54,071 bases of DNA from Thermoproteota archaeon (GCA_049700215.1 JBNAVT010000007.1:1-54071); one strand, 5' to 3'. Positions 29,097 to 38,221 are shown, counted from the stretch's first letter. Numbers and translations: made by a program. The notes: generated by a model from the letters alone, not told the origin.

Positions 29097-29836
29097 TAGA
29101 GGAAGTAAGGTTTGAAAACGTGACGTTCGGCTACGATCCGAACCTCCCGGTTGTGAAAAACATCAGCTTCACACTTACGCGTGGAAAGAAGCTGGCCATA
29201 GTCGGGCCCACGGGAGCCGGCAAGTCGACGATAATCAACCTGCTTGCGAGGTTTTATGATCCTAATGAGGGAAGGATTCTTGTGAACAGTCATGATTTAA
29301 GGATGATTCCCATCTTGTCGTGGAGAGCTAGGCTGAGCATAGTTCTTCAAGACTCGTTCCTTTTCCCTATGAGCGTTAAGGAAAACATAAGGTTCGGGAA
29401 ACCGGATGCTTCAGACGAGGAGGTTGTGGCAGCGGCTAAGGCCGTTGGGGCGCACGAGTTCATAGTTAAGCTTCCCGACGGTTATGATTACATGATACAG
29501 GAGGGGTCGTCGAACATCTCCATCGGACAGAGACAGATGATAAGCTTCGCGAGAACCCTGCTCGCCAATCCTGAAATACTCGTACTGGATGAGGCGACTT
29601 CCTCAGTAGACCCCTACACTGAGCTCGTCATACAGAGGGCTTTGAAAAGGCTACTAAAAGGCAGGATGGCGATCATAATAGCCCACAGGCTTTCAACGAT
29701 AAGGCTCTGCGACGAAATAATAGTGATTAACAACGGGGTTATCGTTGAGAAGGGTACTCACGAGGAGCTTATGAAGAAAGGCGGCATGTACAGCTCTTTC
29801 TACAGGCTTCAATTCATAGAGGAAAAAGGCGTTTAA
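29093..29836 (+). CDS. Heterodimeric ABC exporter second subunit, ATP-binding half
   Basis: VRFENVTFGY, GPTGAGKS, ISIGQRQ, LDEATSSVD, IAHRLST; ATGA overlap with the TMD ORF. Confidence 0.82.
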   Translation: MIEEVRFENVTFGYDPNLPVVKNISFTLTRGKKLAIVGPTGAGKSTIINLLARFYDPNEGRILVNSHDLRMIPILSWRARLSIVLQDSFLFPMSVKENIRFGKPDASDEEVVAAAKAVGAHEFIVKLPDGYDYMIQEGSSNISIGQRQMISFARTLLANPEILVLDEATSSVDPYTELVIQRALKRLLKGRMAIIIAHRLSTIRLCDEIIVINNGVIVEKGTHEELMKKGGMYSSFYRLQFIEEKGV

Positions 29837-29910
29837 ACGAACCTGCTTCGGCAAGTGTTCGAATTAAAATTTTAAAAGGCGTTTTTAAAGTGTTCTACCG
29901 GGGAGGCGGC

Positions 29911-31278
29911 TTGGCCGGAGTTAGGGAGATTTCCGAATCTCTAAGAGAATGGGAGAGGATTGCAGCGCATTCACACATATCTGGACTAGGCTTAGAAGGA
30001 TTGAAGGCTAAGCCCGTCGGAGGCGGCATGGTTGGGCAGATAGAGGCCAGGGAGGCCGCGGGCCTCGTAGTAAGACTGATAAAAAGCGGCAAGTTTGCTG
30101 GTAGAGCAGTCCTGCTTGCAGGCCCGCCTGGAACGGGGAAAACAGCGATAGCGACTGCGATAGCGAGAGAACTCGGCAGGGATGTTCCCTTCGTGCCGCT
30201 GGCGGCGAGCGAAATATTCTCCGCGGACATCAAGAAGACGGAGTTTCTGATGCAGACGCTCAGGAAGGCGATAGGCGCCAGAATACACGAGGTTAGAAAG
30301 ATTTACGAGGGAGAGGTTAAGGAGATCTCTATAGAGAAGGCTCCGCACCCGTATAATCCGTATCAGCAGGTGCCTGCTGGAGCAACGATAAAAATCGCCA
30401 CTACAGAGGAGTCGAAAAGGCTTACGATGGACCAGAGTTTCGCAATCCAGCTGATACAGCAGGGCATAGAGACCGGTGACATTGTGCAAATAGACCCTGA
30501 GGGGGGGAGGATTGTGAAGCTCGGCAGGAGCAGGAGGAGCGTGGAGGAGAAGAAGGTAGACCTTTCAACAGTCCAAGTCATAGACGTTCCTAATGGAAAC
30601 GTGCTTAAGGAGAAGGAGTTCGTCTACCCTGTTACGCTGCATGCTCTCGACACGGCTGCAGCCAGAAGGGGTGGAGACATATTCAGCATATTCTTCGGAG
30701 GCAGAGAATCGAGGGAGATAGAGCCTGAAACAAGGAGGGAGGTTGACGATTACATAAGGACGCTTGTTCAAGAGGGAAGGTGTGAACTATTACCTGGAGT
30801 GGTTTTCATAGATGAGTGCAGCATGCTCGACATAGAGACCTTTGCATTCCTGAACAGGGCACTCGAGCAGGAGCTGGCGCCCATAATAATATTCGCGACA
30901 AACAGGGGGTTCTCAACCGTGAGGGGCACGGATATTAGGGCTCCCCACGGAATGCCGCTAGACCTTCTCGACAGGCTCCTAATAATAAACACGAAGCCGT
31001 ACAGCAGGGATGAGATAAGGAAAATACTGGAGATCAGGGCTGAGGCTGAGAAAATCCCTATAAGCAACGAGGCTATTGAATACCTTACCGATATAGGTGT
31101 TAACACCAGCCTCAGATATGCAGTTCAGCTGATGGCTCCTGCGTTCGAACTGGCTAGGGAGAGAAAAGCCAGCAGGATAGAGAAGGATCATGTAAGCTAT
31201 GTGGAGAAGCTTTTCGTCGACGTGAAGAAATCCGTTGAATACTTGAGAGAATACGAGAAGCAGTTCCTAGACTTGTGA
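29911..31278 (+). CDS. TIP49/RuvB-like AAA+ ATPase (RuvBL1/2 homolog)
   Basis: RIAAHSHI.GLGL, GMVGQ.EAREA, GPPGTGKT, PGVVFIDEC.MLDIE, ATNRG, PHGMPLDLLDR; TTG 29911 after GGAGG. Confidence 0.95.
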   Translation: MAGVREISESLREWERIAAHSHISGLGLEGLKAKPVGGGMVGQIEAREAAGLVVRLIKSGKFAGRAVLLAGPPGTGKTAIATAIARELGRDVPFVPLAASEIFSADIKKTEFLMQTLRKAIGARIHEVRKIYEGEVKEISIEKAPHPYNPYQQVPAGATIKIATTEESKRLTMDQSFAIQLIQQGIETGDIVQIDPEGGRIVKLGRSRRSVEEKKVDLSTVQVIDVPNGNVLKEKEFVYPVTLHALDTAAARRGGDIFSIFFGGRESREIEPETRREVDDYIRTLVQEGRCELLPGVVFIDECSMLDIETFAFLNRALEQELAPIIIFATNRGFSTVRGTDIRAPHGMPLDLLDRLLIINTKPYSRDEIRKILEIRAEAEKIPISNEAIEYLTDIGVNTSLRYAVQLMAPAFELARERKASRIEKDHVSYVEKLFVDVKKSVEYLREYEKQFLDL

Positions 31279-31784
31279 GACAAATATTTAAGACGCGTGT
31301 TGAAAACATGCGTCCCATGTGGATAGTGGACGGGATGGTTGCAGCCTCACCCATTGCGACGAGCCCGGAGGACGTTGACTCCTGGGTTGAGACTGGTGTG
31401 AAGGCTGTTGCAGTCTTGGCTGAGCCCCACGAGATAGCGAGGTACTGGGGTAAATCGGATTATTATTTCAGGTTTTTGAAGGATAAGGGGTTTGAGGTTC
31501 TACACAGCCCGATTAAGGATTTCCACGCTCCCACGTTAAGCCAGCTTGAGGAACTGGTTGAATGGATGGAGGCTATGGTTAAGGCTGGCAAGCCAGTCCT
31601 GGTTCACTGCCACGCCGGTATAGGCAGAACCGGCATGGTGGCAGCAGCATACCTCATTAAGAGGGGCTACAGCCTTGACCAGGCGGTTAGAGAAGTAAGG
31701 GGGAAGATTCCTCTCGCCCTAGAGGTTGACGCACAATTATCACTGGTCTACGAGTATTACGAGAAGAGGAGAAAACTCGGCTAA
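31275..31784 (+). CDS. Dual-specificity/tyrosine protein phosphatase (CX5R)
   Basis: PIKDFHAP general-acid loop and VHCHAGIGRTG P-loop; GTGA overlap with the TIP49 stop. Confidence 0.9.
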   Translation: MRQIFKTRVENMRPMWIVDGMVAASPIATSPEDVDSWVETGVKAVAVLAEPHEIARYWGKSDYYFRFLKDKGFEVLHSPIKDFHAPTLSQLEELVEWMEAMVKAGKPVLVHCHAGIGRTGMVAAAYLIKRGYSLDQAVREVRGKIPLALEVDAQLSLVYEYYEKRRKLG

Positions 31785-31793
31785 TGGCTTAGA

Positions 31794-33065
31794 CTATTTC
31801 TTTTCCGTGAACTCCTTGATGAGCTCTTGAGCCCTGTCAAACCTTATTCTTCTCTCCTCGACCATTTTTTCCGCCACCTTATCTATCAGCCACCCTGTAG
31901 CCCCAGCCTGTATAGCAATGTTCCGTGCGTGAAGCCGCATGTGGCCCGCCTGAATACCCTCGAGGGCTAGCGCTCTAAGGGCGGCAAGGTTCTGGGCAAG
32001 CCCGACGGCGCCCATCACCCTCGCTAGCTCCGCAGCAGTCTTAACGCCGAGAATCTTGACGGCTATCCTGGCGACAGGGTGAGTCCTAGTCGCCCCGCCT
32101 ACTAAGCCTACTGCCATAGGCATCTCCAGCGTTCCCACGAGGTCGCCGTTCTCATCCTTCTCCCAGGTGCTTAAAGGCATGTATCTTCCGGTTCTCGCCG
32201 CGTAAGCGTGCGCACCCGCCTCTATAGCCCTGTGGTCCTGCCCAGTGGCCAGGGCAACCGCGATGCAGCCGTTCAATATCCCTTTATTATGAGTTGCCGC
32301 CCTATAGGGGTCGCTTGCCGCGAAGGCCCATGCTTTAACTATCGCGTCAACACCCTGCTCGCCACCAACCTCCTCCTTGGCAACTATTGTTCTAGCCCTC
32401 ACGAGCCTTTTATCAGCGAGGTTTGATATAATCCTTAAACATACTTTTCCGCCAGCGATTCTCTCAATCAGAGGCGCTACAGCCTCGCACATCGTGTTGA
32501 CAGCATTAGCACCCATCGCATCCCTCACGTCTACGAGAAGATGCGTCACCACCATAGAGCCCACAGGGCTATCAACTACCCTAGCCTCAACATCCTTAGC
32601 GCCCCCACCAAGCTTTACGAGAACAGGATCCTGGTCGTTCGCCAGCTTCAATATCTCATCCCTATGCTCAAGAATCCTCATTCTAGCTGAGAAAGGGTCG
32701 GTTACTCCAGTTAGTTGCACCTGCCCTATCATGATAGGGTCCGTCGCGTCTGTGAATATCCCCCCCTTAGCCCTAGTCATTTTCGCAGCGTTGCTGGCAG
32801 CCGCTACAACGGATGCTTCCTCGATAACCATTGGCACGACGAATTCTTTTCCATCAATGAGGAAGTTGAGCGCAACCGAGAAAGGGTAGGCCATAGTCCC
32901 AATTACGTTTTCAACCATTTTATCAGCGACTTCCAGGCTTAGATTACCCTCCTTTGAAAGCAGCTTAGCCTCTTCCCCAGTCAACCCGGCGAACTCCACT
33001 ATCCTGCTCAGCCTCTCCGACACGCTTAAATTGTAGAAACCCGGTATTCTAGATGTTCTGCTCAT
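31794..33065 (-). CDS. mvaA: Hydroxymethylglutaryl-CoA reductase, class II
   Basis: ENVIG, EEASVVAAAS, DAMGAN, ATHNKG, EGIQAGHM; start placed at ATG 33065 (MSRTSRIPGFY). Confidence 0.92.
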   Translation of the reverse strand: MSRTSRIPGFYNLSVSERLSRIVEFAGLTGEEAKLLSKEGNLSLEVADKMVENVIGTMAYPFSVALNFLIDGKEFVVPMVIEEASVVAAASNAAKMTRAKGGIFTDATDPIMIGQVQLTGVTDPFSARMRILEHRDEILKLANDQDPVLVKLGGGAKDVEARVVDSPVGSMVVTHLLVDVRDAMGANAVNTMCEAVAPLIERIAGGKVCLRIISNLADKRLVRARTIVAKEEVGGEQGVDAIVKAWAFAASDPYRAATHNKGILNGCIAVALATGQDHRAIEAGAHAYAARTGRYMPLSTWEKDENGDLVGTLEMPMAVGLVGGATRTHPVARIAVKILGVKTAAELARVMGAVGLAQNLAALRALALEGIQAGHMRLHARNIAIQAGATGWLIDKVAEKMVEERRIRFDRAQELIKEFTEKK

Positions 33066-33183
33066 CGATTCCACCCGCCTCGGGAACGTTAAAAACGTTT
33101 TTTCAAACGGGGCCGGGGCTTCGACTCTGGCCTTAAAAACAGGATAAACGCTTAAAAGACCACCCGCATGCTGGTTATGCAGC

Positions 33184-33498
33184 TTGGAAAACAGAAGCTT
33201 CAGAAAGTTTTTAGAGGAAAAGTCCGCCAACATTAAGGTTGAGAGGCAGGGGCAGAGGATTTCATGGGATGAAGAGGTTAAGAAGGACAAGTATTCCTTC
33301 ACGGGTTTCCTAGAGTTCGCGTACTCGAACAAGACGTCTGGCGACTACATATATCTGGATAGAAGCACTGCCTTCGACATCCTGGACAGGATCAACTGGA
33401 TGGAGAGGAAGATTAAAAGCCTCAGCATGAGGCTTAAAATACTGTTTTTGCTCCTGATGGCTTCCCTGCTAGCGGCTGCATGGGGCTGGTTGACATGA
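33184..33498 (+). CDS. Hypothetical tail-anchored membrane protein
   Basis: 104 aa hydrophilic body, short amphipathic helix and a single C-terminal hydrophobic segment (ILFLLLMASLLAAAWGWLT); ATGA overlap with the next gene. Confidence 0.65.
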   Translation: MENRSFRKFLEEKSANIKVERQGQRISWDEEVKKDKYSFTGFLEFAYSNKTSGDYIYLDRSTAFDILDRINWMERKIKSLSMRLKILFLLLMASLLAAAWGWLT

Positions 33499-34700
33499 GC
33501 AGTAAGAGGCCTCTCGTAGAAAGGCTCAGAGAAGAATTAGCTAGAAGGTTCATCGGCAATGAGGAAGTAATCTCAATACTTATGCTTAACCTGCTTCACC
33601 GGAAATCCACTACGCTGATAAGGGCTCCGAGGGGGACAGGCAAGTCCACGCTAATGCTGCTCGTCCTGAAAGGGCTATTCGGAGACGAGTTCGTCGTTAT
33701 TTCAGGAGCCTCCGAGGTGAAGAGGGGAGAAGTCGTGGGAAGGCTCCATATTCCCTCGCTCGAGAAAAAGGGCAGGGAGAAAGTCCTGTGGGCGAAATTC
33801 GTAAGGGCCCAGGGCAAGGGGATAGATGAAGTGAACAGGCTCAACCCCTACACTACTGCGAACATCCATCATTTGATGCAGTTCGGAGAAGTATGGGCTT
33901 ACGGGCAGAAGTATACTGTTGAAGACTATACTCTCATAGCGAACGAGAACCCGGGTGACGTGACGACTTTCATACAGCCCCCGCCGTTTTACGACCGGTT
34001 TGACATAGCTCTCTACCTGAATTCGCTTACAGTAAGCCAGAAGTTTGCCCTGCAGGAGTTGAATAATGACTACGGCTATGATTTGATAAAATCCATGCCA
34101 CGCGTCATGGAGCCGGGAGACCTGTCGGAAATAAGGAGAGAGGTTGAGGAGACTGAGGTTGAACCAGGGTTAATCGGCTTCATAAACACGCTTGTCAGAG
34201 ACTTTCAAGTATGCGTCAGGGGTAAGGAGCACAGCAGTGTTCCGCTGCCAGTCCTGTGCGAAGGCTGTCACTTCACAAGGTTCGTCTGCAGCAGGGTTAA
34301 GGAGCCGCCGAGCGAAAGAGCCACCCTCATCCTCCTTCAGCTCGCCAAGGCTAAGAAATGGCTTGACGGAAAGGTTGAGGAGAAGGATGTTATCGAGATG
34401 GCTAAATGGGTTCTCATCCATAGGACAGGCTTCATGAACCCTGAAAAACCCTTGAAGGAAATAAGCGAGCTGCTTGAAAGAGAGAAGGAGAGGATGTTTG
34501 AACGCGATTCCAGGAAGCAATGGTTTATCTTGAACGAGCTCTACAATAATTTCAGCCCAGGCCTATACAGGACTGCTAAAGAAATAGCTGCCGAGGACAA
34601 CGTTTTTGCCGAGGAACTTTTCTCACTGGAGGAGAAATGGGTTAAAGAGGGTAAGATAAGCCGGGAGGAAACCTTGAAAGTAGGCCTCGGGCTCGAGTAG
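33495..34700 (+). CDS. MoxR-like AAA+ ATPase with Cys4 insertion
   Basis: FIGNEE, Walker A APRGTGKS, Walker B IDEVNR, IANENP, FYDRF, sensor-2-like SERA; C-x14-C-x2-C-x6-C in the lid region. Confidence 0.8.
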   Translation: MSSKRPLVERLREELARRFIGNEEVISILMLNLLHRKSTTLIRAPRGTGKSTLMLLVLKGLFGDEFVVISGASEVKRGEVVGRLHIPSLEKKGREKVLWAKFVRAQGKGIDEVNRLNPYTTANIHHLMQFGEVWAYGQKYTVEDYTLIANENPGDVTTFIQPPPFYDRFDIALYLNSLTVSQKFALQELNNDYGYDLIKSMPRVMEPGDLSEIRREVEETEVEPGLIGFINTLVRDFQVCVRGKEHSSVPLPVLCEGCHFTRFVCSRVKEPPSERATLILLQLAKAKKWLDGKVEEKDVIEMAKWVLIHRTGFMNPEKPLKEISELLEREKERMFERDSRKQWFILNELYNNFSPGLYRTAKEIAAEDNVFAEELFSLEEKWVKEGKISREETLKVGLGLE

Positions 34701-34703
34701 AAA

Positions 34704-36413
34704 ATGGATTATGGGGAAGTAAGAAGGATTTTCGCGCAAGTCAGGAGCGAGCTCTATTTCCCGCCGTGTGAATTAGAAATACGGGAAGATGGTAAAAGCG
34801 AAACACCTTTTTTCGTGGTTGATTCAAAGGTACATGTTTCGCCGAAGGCGATTCCTAAGAATGTTGACGACAAGAAGTATCTTAGGTCAGTCATGAGGCA
34901 TGAGATAGCGCACCTGCACTACTGCCCGTATGACATAAGGACGGCTTACGAGCTGGTTAAGGAAGCCTATGGTGCGTGCAAGGACTGGAACACCGCGTAC
35001 TTCTCAGTCCTGCTTTTCACCGACTTGAACATTGACTGCTTCTACCTTCTAAGCAGGTTTGGAGAAACACCCTATCACGTCGACCAGTTTCTCAACTCCC
35101 GCCAGAGAGGGGTTGGCAGGTATGTTCAAGCAGCCTACAGGCACATCTTGAGAAAGGGGCGTGGAGAATACGACTACAATGTTGAAAACGTGGCTAGGCA
35201 AATCAGCATGGTTTTGAGATCTGAAAGAAACTGGTTTAATAAAGTAAGGCTTGTGGCACAAATCCTGTCTCTAAACAAGGTTAAGGCTGAAATACCGAAG
35301 CATCTTGCCGGCCCAAGCATGAGTATCCCCCTGAGGGAAGATCTGAGCAGGAACACTATCGAGAAAATTAACGAGGTGCTTGGAGGAATAAAAAACAGTG
35401 AGGAGGCGAAGAGGTTTTACGAATACTGGGTTAAATCAAGGCTTAAGAATTCTGAGCTTGAGGAGATAAAGAAGACGGTTAAAAAAGGCGGTAAGGCAGC
35501 TGGGGAGAGAAAGAGTAGAAAGGGTGGAGCCGGGAGCATAAGGCATGCTAGGCCTGAGAGCGGGGAGGAACCCAAGCTACCTACTAGCGTAAGCAAGCCG
35601 TACTCCGGGTTGGATCATAAGGCGATTGAAGAGCTTTTCTGGAAAGTATACTGGTATAGGGCTAGGGCGAAGAGGACGATGCTGATATATCTTGAAGAGG
35701 GGAGGAGGCCTGAGCCGAATCTCGCGATCTCCAGCTACCCCATGGACTGGAACATTGAGGACGAGGTTGAAGACCTTGATCTAGAGTCCAGTTTAGACGA
35801 GGGAAGGCTGCGTATTGAAATAAACACGGTGAAATGGCAGAGCGAGATTAAGGGGAGGGGGAGCAGCATGACGATAAGCAATGTTCCCTCAAGCCTAATA
35901 GTTTTAGACGCGAGCAGAAGCATGCAGGACGTGATCGACAATGCTGCAACCTCAGCCTTCATCAACCTGCTTTCAGTAGAGAGAATAGGGGGTAAAACTG
36001 CTTCACTAACCTTTTCAACAGACTACTATTCTGTCGACTGGCAGGGCTCAACGCTTGAGAAAGAATTGTCTTTAGCGCTCTACTTCGGGGGCATGACGAT
36101 ACTTCCTCTTAACGAAATCATGAGACTCGTCTCCGAGAGCGAGAACAGGGTTCTGATAAACATCATAACGGATTGCGGCTGGCAGAACATTGAGGAGGCG
36201 CTTCCCTTCCTGGAGCGGATTGTTAAAAGGGGTCACAGGGTTAAAATATTCCACCTGCATGGGGGAAAATACCCGGAGAACGTGAAGATGGTGAGCAGGG
36301 TGAGCGGAATAAAGATCATCCCGGTCAAGGAGCCTGAGACCGACCTCCAGTACTTGGTCACTAAGGAGACCAGCGAAGACTACGGGGGCTCCGTGCTGGT
36401 TTTCAAAGCCTAG
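34704..36413 (+). CDS. HExxH metallopeptidase-like + vWA domain protein
   Basis: RHEIAH followed by DLNID; low-complexity linker; C-terminal MIDAS VLDASRSM...GMT...IITD. Confidence 0.75.
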   Translation: MDYGEVRRIFAQVRSELYFPPCELEIREDGKSETPFFVVDSKVHVSPKAIPKNVDDKKYLRSVMRHEIAHLHYCPYDIRTAYELVKEAYGACKDWNTAYFSVLLFTDLNIDCFYLLSRFGETPYHVDQFLNSRQRGVGRYVQAAYRHILRKGRGEYDYNVENVARQISMVLRSERNWFNKVRLVAQILSLNKVKAEIPKHLAGPSMSIPLREDLSRNTIEKINEVLGGIKNSEEAKRFYEYWVKSRLKNSELEEIKKTVKKGGKAAGERKSRKGGAGSIRHARPESGEEPKLPTSVSKPYSGLDHKAIEELFWKVYWYRARAKRTMLIYLEEGRRPEPNLAISSYPMDWNIEDEVEDLDLESSLDEGRLRIEINTVKWQSEIKGRGSSMTISNVPSSLIVLDASRSMQDVIDNAATSAFINLLSVERIGGKTASLTFSTDYYSVDWQGSTLEKELSLALYFGGMTILPLNEIMRLVSESENRVLINIITDCGWQNIEEALPFLERIVKRGHRVKIFHLHGGKYPENVKMVSRVSGIKIIPVKEPETDLQYLVTKETSEDYGGSVLVFKA

Positions 36414-36532
36414 CTTGAAATCCTTCAGAAACAGCCTCAGCAGCTTTAAGCGAGTGTTCGGATTTCTGGACACCCTGTTCGCAACAATACTGTTAAAAAT
36501 AGCCTATAGCAGTAACAGGATAGGGTTCGAAA

Positions 36533-37369
36533 ATGGAGGAAATGTTAAGTAGGAAATGGTTGCTTGCGCTAAGCGTTATTTTCGTAGCAGCCATGGGTGT
36601 AAACCTGGCTCTACTAGTAGGAATATTATATCCCGCGCTCCTCAGCCAGCAGGCTGGCTCAGAGTACCGCTTCACTACCGTTGAAGAAGGGTTTGCTAAA
36701 AAACTTGGGGCTCCCGTTCAGGACACTGGTCAGGCTGAGCAGCAGGTGAAGACGATAAGCGTGACTGGCATGGGTGTGGTTAAGGCTAGGCCCGACAGGG
36801 CGGTTTTAAGCCTCAGCGTGGTTACGCAGGCGGACACTGCGGAGGAAGCCGTTTCTGAGAACGCGGATAAAATGGACCGTGTTGTAAAGGCTGTTAGGAA
36901 CATGGGAATACTGGAGAACCAGACGGAAACATCAGCATACAGTCTAAGCCCCATATGGGAGTATCCTAAGGAAGGCTCGCCCAGGATCGTTGGCTACACG
37001 TGTTCAAACACCATCAGGGTCACAGTCAAGAATTTGAACAGGGTGGGGGAGGTAATTGACGTGGCGGTTGCGGCTGGTGCAAACCAGGTTTCATCGATTC
37101 AATTCACGATTTCAGACGAGGCGATGCGTCAACTCGGGCTGAATGCTCTGAGCCTAGCTGTGAAGGACGCCGCGTCGAAAGCCGGTACAATAGCCACCGC
37201 TGCCGGAGTAACGCTGGTCGGACCGCTTTCAATAAGCATCTCCGGATACTCTCCGTATGTAAGAAGCTATGCTTTCGAATCCGTTTCGGGAATTGCCCCA
37301 ACCCTAATACTTTCCCCAGAGGAGGTCAGTGTCACTGTAAGTGTTTCAGCAGTTTACGAGTTTAAATAA
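36533..37369 (+). CDS. SIMPL (DUF541) domain protein with N-terminal membrane anchor
   Basis: TISVTGMGVVKARPDRA, AGANQVSSIQF, AVKDA..KA...A.AAGV.L, V..SVSAVYE. Confidence 0.88.
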   Translation: MEEMLSRKWLLALSVIFVAAMGVNLALLVGILYPALLSQQAGSEYRFTTVEEGFAKKLGAPVQDTGQAEQQVKTISVTGMGVVKARPDRAVLSLSVVTQADTAEEAVSENADKMDRVVKAVRNMGILENQTETSAYSLSPIWEYPKEGSPRIVGYTCSNTIRVTVKNLNRVGEVIDVAVAAGANQVSSIQFTISDEAMRQLGLNALSLAVKDAASKAGTIATAAGVTLVGPLSISISGYSPYVRSYAFESVSGIAPTLILSPEEVSVTVSVSAVYEFK

Positions 37370-37413
37370 AAAGTTTAAGACCTTTTTCCAATACTTAACC
37401 AGCGTGCTGCTCG

Positions 37414-37869
37414 TTGAGCGAGGAGGAGCTTGAGTATAAGCTGCGCGGAAAGACGCTTCAAGTCTACCTATACCTGATAAGGTCCGGCGGGGGCGAGAGC
37501 TATGGTGTTAGGGAGGTTCAGAGGGCGCTTGGCTTCAAGAGCCCGAGCATAGCCTCATACCATCTTGAGAAGCTGAGGGATCTCGGTCTACTTGCGAAGG
37601 ATGATAAGGGGGATTACCGTGTTGCCAAGGAGGTCAACGTAGGGTTGTTGAAGCTCTACATTAAGATAGGTGAGCTAAGGCTGCCGAGATTCCTACTGTA
37701 TGCTTGCTTCATAACCAGCATGGTGGCAACATACTTACTGGTTTATCCTCAAACATTCAGCCCACATAATCTTTTCGCACTACTTGTAAGCTTCTCCTCG
37801 CTCATAATACTCTGGGGGGAAACCTTTCTGATCCTGAGGGAAACAAGGTCTAAACCCTTGAAGAAATAG
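37414..37869 (+). CDS. Winged-HTH protein with two C-terminal transmembrane helices
   Basis: LRGKTLQVYLYL...GVREVQRALGFKSPSIASYHLEKL..LGL, then two hydrophobic segments. Confidence 0.78.
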   Translation: MSEEELEYKLRGKTLQVYLYLIRSGGGESYGVREVQRALGFKSPSIASYHLEKLRDLGLLAKDDKGDYRVAKEVNVGLLKLYIKIGELRLPRFLLYACFITSMVATYLLVYPQTFSPHNLFALLVSFSSLIILWGETFLILRETRSKPLKK

Positions 37870-38044
37870 TTGTTTCTACTTTGGAAGCCCGGTTGCGAAA
37901 CCAAACCAGCAGGCCTATGGCGAAAAGCTGGGAAGCGCGCGATTCAAGCACAGGCAGTATGACTCTTAGAAAACCCTCAACCTGACTTGAAACAACCGTT
38001 ATTCCGAGGAATGCTAGAACAAGGATTATTAATCCAACTATCAT
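37850..38044 (-). CDS. Small hydrophobic hypothetical protein or degraded membrane-protein gene
   Basis: Two hydrophobic segments; the hydrophobic frame continues upstream (ILAKALKVA) to in-frame stops near 38115. Confidence 0.3.
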   Translation of the reverse strand: MIVGLIILVLAFLGITVVSSQVEGFLRVILPVLESRASQLFAIGLLVWFRNRASKVETTISSRV

Positions 38045-38221
38045 AGCAACCTTAAGAGCCTTCGCTAAAATGTTTACGATAGCGTGATTGAGCCAGTATC
38101 CGTAGTCGAGTTATTAATCGGAGTCGCAGTGGGTTATGTTAAGACTTATGGTTTCAAGGCGTGAAACGATTGATTGAAAACCTAGTTTGACAATCGTTCC
38201 GTCTTAAACCTCGATACGTAT

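Noticed and set aside
33066-33332. 89-aa N-terminal extension of the HMG-CoA reductase ORF
   Set aside because: Overlaps the opposite-strand gene at 33184 and has no HMGR-like sequence; family similarity begins at Met 33065.
37850-38120. FUN14-like identity for the small hydrophobic minus-strand ORF
   Set aside because: Resemblance is limited to a generic K-A-L-K plus hydrophobic pattern; kept only as a low-confidence hypothetical.
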